Source of the DNA: Ancylonema sp.
Lineage: Eukaryota
Assembly: GCA_050230475.1 (NCBI GenBank)
Contig: JBFLGF010000154.1
Coordinates: 1 to 64,000 of the forward strand
Reading direction: 5' to 3'
Length of the DNA: 64,000 nucleotides
The notes beneath the pieces were generated by a model that saw only the letters and a program-made list of their open reading frames with translations, was not told the DNA's origin and did no database searches. A program made the position numbers and the translations under genes. This document shows, in pieces, positions 57,910 through 64,000 of the stretch. Each line of letters begins with the position of its first letter. The stretch's first letter is position 1.

Positions 57910-58092
57910 TAAGGTAACAAATCGAAGAGGTCCTTGTCACGACTGTACGCCTTTTAAATGGCTCATGATGAAAGTTAATAAGGTTAAAACATTTCGTTTT
58001 GTCTACAAACACATGGCAAGTTAGACTTATATCAACATATTGACTCGACTCCCCCTCATATCGGACATTGGACGTACCTAGTAGGTACTACC

Positions 58093-58519
58093 TGTGAGTG
58101 CTTTCTTCTGCCATCGATGCAAGAATAAAGCACAACTCTCTCAGACAACTCTTGAATCGACAGATCACGTCATTACAAACGTTGACACGACAAAAGTGCA
58201 AGTTTGAAGTATAAAGTATTGATTGAGGAATTCAGCATGCAAGCTCAGACCTAGTACAGTCGATTGTTGCCTGGTGAGAGAATCTACTGGTATCGAAACT
58301 ACTTCGTCAATTGCCAATCATATCTCTAAGCATTCTGCCACATCAACTAGTTCTTATCGACACTTGCGCCAGATGGCCAAGTAATCATTGAAACAAGGAC
58401 GTCGGCCTGCAGCCTGCCTGCAGCCTGCATTTGCTGAATAACGACAAAACTAAAGCTAAATTCCCGGTATTGCTAAAATCGATATAACGAAAAAAGTTCA
58501 CAGCCCCTAAAAACTAACA
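58093..58519 (-). repeat. 3' LTR (427 bp)
   Basis: Direct repeat of ~62869-63314, adjacent to the PPT. Confidence 0.95.
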
Positions 58520-58577
58520 CCCCCTCCCTTACTTTTGTAATCCCCCTCCAAAAACGATGACCAAAACGATATCGATT

Positions 58578-61500
58578 TTACAAACACAAGTCGACAAAAA
58601 ATTCTTTTTCATACACCAACCCCACCAGATCACAATTTTTATTCAACACCTTGGCAAACACTGGTTTAGTCAACATATCAGTAGCCTGGTCTTCACTCTT
58701 GACAAACTGTAGATTGATCTTTTTCTTGGTCACCCTCTGTCGAATGGAATGATACTTGATCTCGATGTGTTTGGAGCGCTTGTGGAAAACAGGATTCTCA
58801 GCAAGTTTCAAGTACATAGCCAGTTCTCCCCTTCCTAGTGTCGACGTCGTCACCATGACTAGCATCTGAGTAGCCGATGACTGACAAATCACCTCCTTTC
58901 TTGTACATCAGCCCCAAATTGACAGCCCCAAATTGACAGTTCCCTTGAGTTATCGCAAAACTCTCTTTACCCCCTCCCAATGCTTGTCCCCTGGCTGCTG
59001 ACTGTATCGACACAGGGAGTTAAGAGCAGCTCCCCTCAGAAGTGAGATACAGTAAACTGCCCATTGCAGACTTGTAGCCCACACCCTCTATTCCAGCAGA
59101 TTCAGAAGCAGATTCACACTTTGCAGCAAATTTTACACCCATCTCAAGAGGAGTAGCAACATAATTGCAGTCTTGCATCCCAAACTTGGTGAGGAGATCT
59201 CTGGCATATTTCTCTTGCACCAAAAACACGTTGCCATCAGACTGCCGTCGAATCTCAAGCCCCCCCCAACAAGAATTTGCTTCCCCCAGGTCTTTCATGT
59301 TATACTTCTTTCCCAGCCCTCTTTTCACCCCAAAAATAGTATCCAGCCTGATGCAGAGGAGAAACACATCATCCCACATAGAGCGCCAAGTAGAGTGCTT
59401 CTGGCCCTTCTCCCAGAATATAAAGGCCAAAAATCTGAAGCCAGACGATGAAACTGCAAGCTTTTCTCGATGTGCTGATTCCATCCTCTCGGTGCCTGCT
59501 TGAGGCCGTACAAGCACCTGAGTAGTAGCCACTGTTGGAATTGAGTAGTAGCCACACCAAATCTGTTTCACCAGGCCCACACGTGCCGTTAGGGGCCTCC
59601 ATGTACACCTCCTCTTCCAGGGGTGCATAGAGAAAAGATGCCGCTACATCCATCTGATGCATGTGTAGACCCCTGGAAGCTCCCATGGCCACAAGTTGGC
59701 GAATGCTCTCAAAACGAACAGTTGGAGAACCTCTACTTGACTAAATCCCTGAATCCCTTAACAATTCTTGCTTTGTATTTTTCTACAAAACCATCTGCAT
59801 TGAATTTGATCTTTGACTTCACAACTTTCTTCCCCTTCGGCCTTGGCACAAGTCGATAGACATGGTTTTCGTTTTCTTGTAGGCTTGCCATTTCTGCAGC
59901 CATTGCAGCTTTCCACTCAGCTGCTTGTGGGCTGTTAAGAGCGTCCTCGACAGTCGTTGGTGTCTTTATCTCACTTTCCAAGTTGGCAACAAAAGCAGCA
60001 ACAAATTTGTTGGGATGCATTCCTCTGTTCTCCCTTGCAGATCGACGAATAGGCTCTGGATCATCGATAGAAGTTTCTGAAAAGTTGTCGTTCACGCCCA
60101 TTGGATTAAGAGGAGTAGCATCATCTGGATACCATTCTGGACCATCTTCCAGATGATCTTCGTCTTCATCGCCTCCACTAGAATTGCTGACAAGTTATGG
60201 AAGATCTGCACTCTGAGGAAGAGGAGATCTCGGAAGCTGTGGCAATGGGTTTCCGACAGCATCAGGGATCTCTTCATCGACAGAATTTGGATCGCCATAG
60301 GCAGGTTGCCCACCTCCAGAAATACCCCCTCCGAGACCAACACTACCCCCTCCTGCTCCTTGATCAGCTGCATCCAGATCTGGCCATGACATTTTTGTTT
60401 CTCCAAGTGGCTCATGCACTCTTGCCTTCTTGCCAATTTTCTGACCCCTCCACCAGCTTTGCTTGACAGATTCATCGAAGTCTGCATGACCAGTGCCAAC
60501 GTTGTGTACTTTGTTCGTTGCAGGATCCCAGACTCGGTAGCAAGGACTGTCGGGATTCCATCCAAACTAACACACCAAGCCAAGCCAGCGCACTCATTTT
60601 CCCAGCCCGATCTTGTTTCTCCAGTCGCACATAAACTTTGCAGCCGAATGATCGAAGATGATCAACCTTTGGACTTCTCCTGACCACATCCTCCCTCTGG
60701 AGTTTTTGGAAGTCCGCTGACTTGACATCGATTTCTGAGGTATGAAGCTAAGGAGATTGCTTCTGCCCACAGACCAAGAGGAAGTTGCATGTGCAAAAAC
60801 ATAGAGCGAGCCCTGTATTGCAACGTACGATTCATGCGTTCTGTGATTGCATTGCCTTGAGGAGTGTTTGGCGGAGTTGTCTCATGTCTGATGCCTCTGT
60901 TTTTGAGCCACTTCTGCAGATCACCATCGATAAAGTCTCCCCCTTGATCTGATCTCAGATTTTTAACAGGTTTCCCAGCTTGTCTTTTCCAGATTGCGAT
61001 CCATTGCTTCAGACGAGGAGCTGCATCATCTTTGGTGCGAAGTATTTCCACCCAGGATTTTCGGCTGTATTCATCGACCAGCACCATGTTGTACACTCCT
61101 CCCCCTATTGATGCTGGATTGAACGGCCTTGCCAAGTCCACCGACACTCTTCCTAGGCAGACTTGTTCTCCTGCACCACCTTCTCGTCGAGGATGAGGTT
61201 TGTCGTGTGCCTTCCCCAGCTTGCACCCTTCACAATTTTGCAGAACTCCTGAGATGCCTCCTTCCAGTCCTCGTACAAAGATGTTGTCGTGCCACATTTT
61301 TGAGCACTCTCTCATTTGCCATGCCCAAGTCTCGTGTGCAGGAGGTCGATTTCGACTGCAGCTACAACAGCTTCCCCTTCAGTAAGTTGCTGATGTCGAA
61401 CCGGTGTGCAGATGAGAGTTTTTCGACCTGCCGATGTTTCTTGCAGAGTGCAGACTTGTTGTCCAGATTTGCTGTAAATTGGAATGATGCCACCGGCTTT

Positions 61501-62883
61501 TCCACTGCAAGTGTAAGACCACCCTGCTTCTCTAGCTTTCTGACCGGTGAACAAATTAATGCGCATCCCAGGAATGTACAAACATTTCTTGAGTGTTACT
61601 CCTCCACACTCTCCCTCAGTATTCAGCTCAATTGTTCCCCACTGCTTCACTCGCACACTTCCGACCAGATGATGCATGATGACCTCGTGTGGACTTCGAG
61701 GATTTTGAAGAGATTTTTCTGTCCACAGGAATGGTGACTGGAACCATCGTCGAAAGGAAATCTTTGTCCGCATCATCATTCATCTGCAACATTTCCTTAC
61801 AGATTTCAGCGATGATAGCTTCTGCATGACCACAGCTCTTCCCTTGATCGATTTCGCCAACGAAAGCTCTTTTTCTCCCAGTGCGTACCCTCTTTCTCTG
61901 CATTCGTGGAGCTTCGTTTTTCTTGTCGAAACATGTTAATTCCACATGACCAATGGCTCCACAATATTTGCTTCTTCGTTTTTCTTGGAGCAGTCTCTGC
62001 TGTAGTGACCTGTCTCTCCACAAGTATAGCAGGAATGCCCTCCACTTGATCCATTGCCTCCACCTCTGCCTCCACGCCCACCTCTGAGATTCCACGATTA
62101 TTTGCTGAATACCCACTGAATGTACCCCTGCCTCCACGATTGTCGATACCACCACCTCTGTCTTGGTGATTTTTTTTGTTGCGCTGACCACTTAGCATAG
62201 TTTGCCTCTAACAACTAGTGCCTCAGCATTTTGGACATCTTTTTCTTTTTTGTCATCCAGCTCATCCATTCCCATTTGCCCCCAGATCCAGCTGATCCCA
62301 GGTGCCTCTTTCTGTCTATAGTAAAGCTTCTTCAACATGCCTATTGTTCTTGACATGCCAACAAACAATGCCATCACCTGATCTTCTGCGCTGACTGGAA
62401 ATTTTTGATGTACACACTCTCTGATGAGCGACAGAAAAGCATTCTTGATTTCTCTGACTCGCATCTTTTCATCGATCTTGAAAGAGTTCAGCTTTTCTTT
62501 TGCAATCTGTCGTAGTTCTAGAGACACCTTGTCATACTCCTCTGTCAGATAGGTCCCACAACATCGCCTTTGGATCTCGTTCAAATTGTTCTGATGTAGC
62601 GTTGTCGTCACTGACAAATTGCATGAGTAGCATGACTGCCTTCTTTGATCTTTTGCGGAAGCTTCTGACATCAAGTGTATACTGCTCCATTTCTGTTTCA
62701 TTTGTTGGCCACTGTTCATCATCATATCTGGCTGTAACCTCAGTTGGAATAGTCTCTGTTACTTTGCACATCTCAAGGCACTCAACATCATCAAGAGTAG
62801 CTGAGGCCTTAGATCTCCATGCTTGAAAGGTAACTTTATCTCCATCCAGAATGCAGTACCGTGCTCTGTTTCTTCTGCCATCG
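58578..62883 (-). pseudogene. gag-pol polyprotein pseudogene of the copia element
   Basis: Motifs are spread over many frames (ORFs 62532-62921, 62192-62725, 61628-62191, 61312-61779, 60662-61315, 59733-60101, 59369-59692, 59020-59628, 58578-58892). Confidence 0.93.
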
Positions 62884-63314
62884 ATGCAAGAATAAAGTTC
62901 ACTTCTTCTTAATCGATGCAAGAATAAAGCACAATTATCTCAGACAACTCTTGAATCGACAGATCACGTCATTACAAACGTTGACACAACAAAAGTGCAA
63001 GTTTGAAGTAGACAAGTCTGATTACAGAATTGAGCATACAAGCTCAGACCTAGTACCGTCGATTGTTGCCTGGTCAAAGAATCTATTGGTATCGAAACTA
63101 CTTCGTCAATTGCCAATCATATCTAAGCATTCTGCCACATACACTTGTGCCAGATGGCCAAGTAATCGCCAAGTAATCATTGAAACAAGGACATCGGGCC
63201 TGCAGCCGGCCTGCAGCCTGCATTTGCTGAATAACGACAAAACTAAAGCTAAATTCCCGGTATTTGCTAAAAATCGATATAACGACAAAAGTTCACAGCC
63301 CCTAAAAACTAACA
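62869..63314 (-). repeat. 5' LTR, inner (U5) end altered
   Basis: Matches 58102-58519 with substitutions and indels. Lacks the inner terminal CA. ATCGATGCAAGAATAAAG is duplicated. Confidence 0.9.
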
Positions 63315-63322
63315 CTACCTAC

Positions 63323-63898
63323 CATAGTTGGGCCCGATCCCCCCGATCCCACATCCGGATCGGAGTCAGAGCGGACCCCATCCAGTACGGCGCCGGTTCG
63401 GATATACCCCGATCGGACCCAGTAGTGAGAAAGTACGGAGGAGAAGAAAATAAATGATGTGAGTTTGACGCCTTAAAAAGCGCATATGAACTAATACTCG
63501 TCGATTTGCACCTTCGTCGAAATTGCGCCCGGATCCGGATCGGACCGGGATCGGGTCTGGTCCGGATCCAAGATTTCCTGATCTGATCGGACCTAATACA
63601 CAGCGCCTCAAATGCCCTTCCTACTTCCAAACATACATGGAGAAATGCCTGAAGATACTGATCATAGGCGTGCACAACTATAATCGCATACCTGTTCGGA
63701 GTATGTGTGCTGAACCCCGCACACATGTGCACGCCCAAGTAACAAAAAACAAGTAAGCTAAAAATACATAAAATAATACTATGAGTGGCGGCTTTTGATA
63801 TAGTTTAAAAATCCAACGGATTTTGCAAAGATGTGTGCGATGCGCACATGTTCCGAACATGTGCGCCACACCCGCGTACATGTGCGCGCCCAACTATG
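63323..63898. mobile_element. hAT MITE (CATAGTTGGGC termini), GATCC repeats at left and CACATGTG repeats at right
   Basis: CATAGTTGGGCCCG...CGCGCCCAACTATG. No TSD seen. Confidence 0.8.
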
Positions 63899-64000
63899 AC
63901 ATTGATGATACCAGAACGACACAATCAGAAAAAATGGAATCGGGTGATTGGGAAGACAAGGGGGGTAATAGATTCCCATAAACTAATACATGAGGCCCGT

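Larger units (their letters stand above)
58093..63314 (-). mobile_element. Ty1/copia LTR retrotransposon, decayed (frameshifts, stops, deletions)
   Basis: TG...CA outer ends. 5-bp TSD CTACC at 58088-58092 and 63315-63319. Domain order gag (zinc knuckles incl. YCGAIGHVELTC), protease region, GAG-pre-integrase LLHTRLGH, integrase (VLVDEYSR, LRSDQGGDF, PQGNAITERMNR), RT (HQMDVAASFL, LYGLKQAPR, MKDLGEA), RNase H (YSDASH, HKRSKHIEIKYH). PPT AAGGGAGGGGG at 58520-58530. Confidence 0.97.

Noticed and set aside
61129..61737. 202-aa plus-strand ORF
   Set aside because: Antisense shadow of copia pol.
62861..63457. 198-aa plus-strand ORF
   Set aside because: Spans the LTR antisense strand, TSD and adjacent MITE. 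No motif, and the 3' LTR copy differs by indels.

Overview
Eukaryotic nuclear DNA with spliced genes. The plant-type LOB, OFUT36-like and Kazal genes, together with a cyanobacterial/algal-type GlmS-like gene, suggest a streptophyte alga or early-diverging plant (inference). Nine protein-coding genes can be reconstructed by hand: the 3' part of a GlmS-like SIS/membrane protein, NDUFB7, a plastid-targeted hydrophilin-like protein, an O-fucosyltransferase, a two-domain Kazal inhibitor, a PPR protein, a LOB-domain transcription factor, a purple acid phosphatase and a plastid CBS-domain protein. The window also holds a decayed Ty1/copia element with both LTRs and a 5-bp TSD. Intergenic DNA and introns are dense with non-autonomous DNA transposons (hAT-, Tc1/mariner- and Harbinger-type MITEs, often nested) and with micro/minisatellites. 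No rRNA, intact tRNA or CRISPR array was found. Family assignments come from remembered motifs, not database searches. Exon boundaries are manual GT-AG/phase reconstructions.
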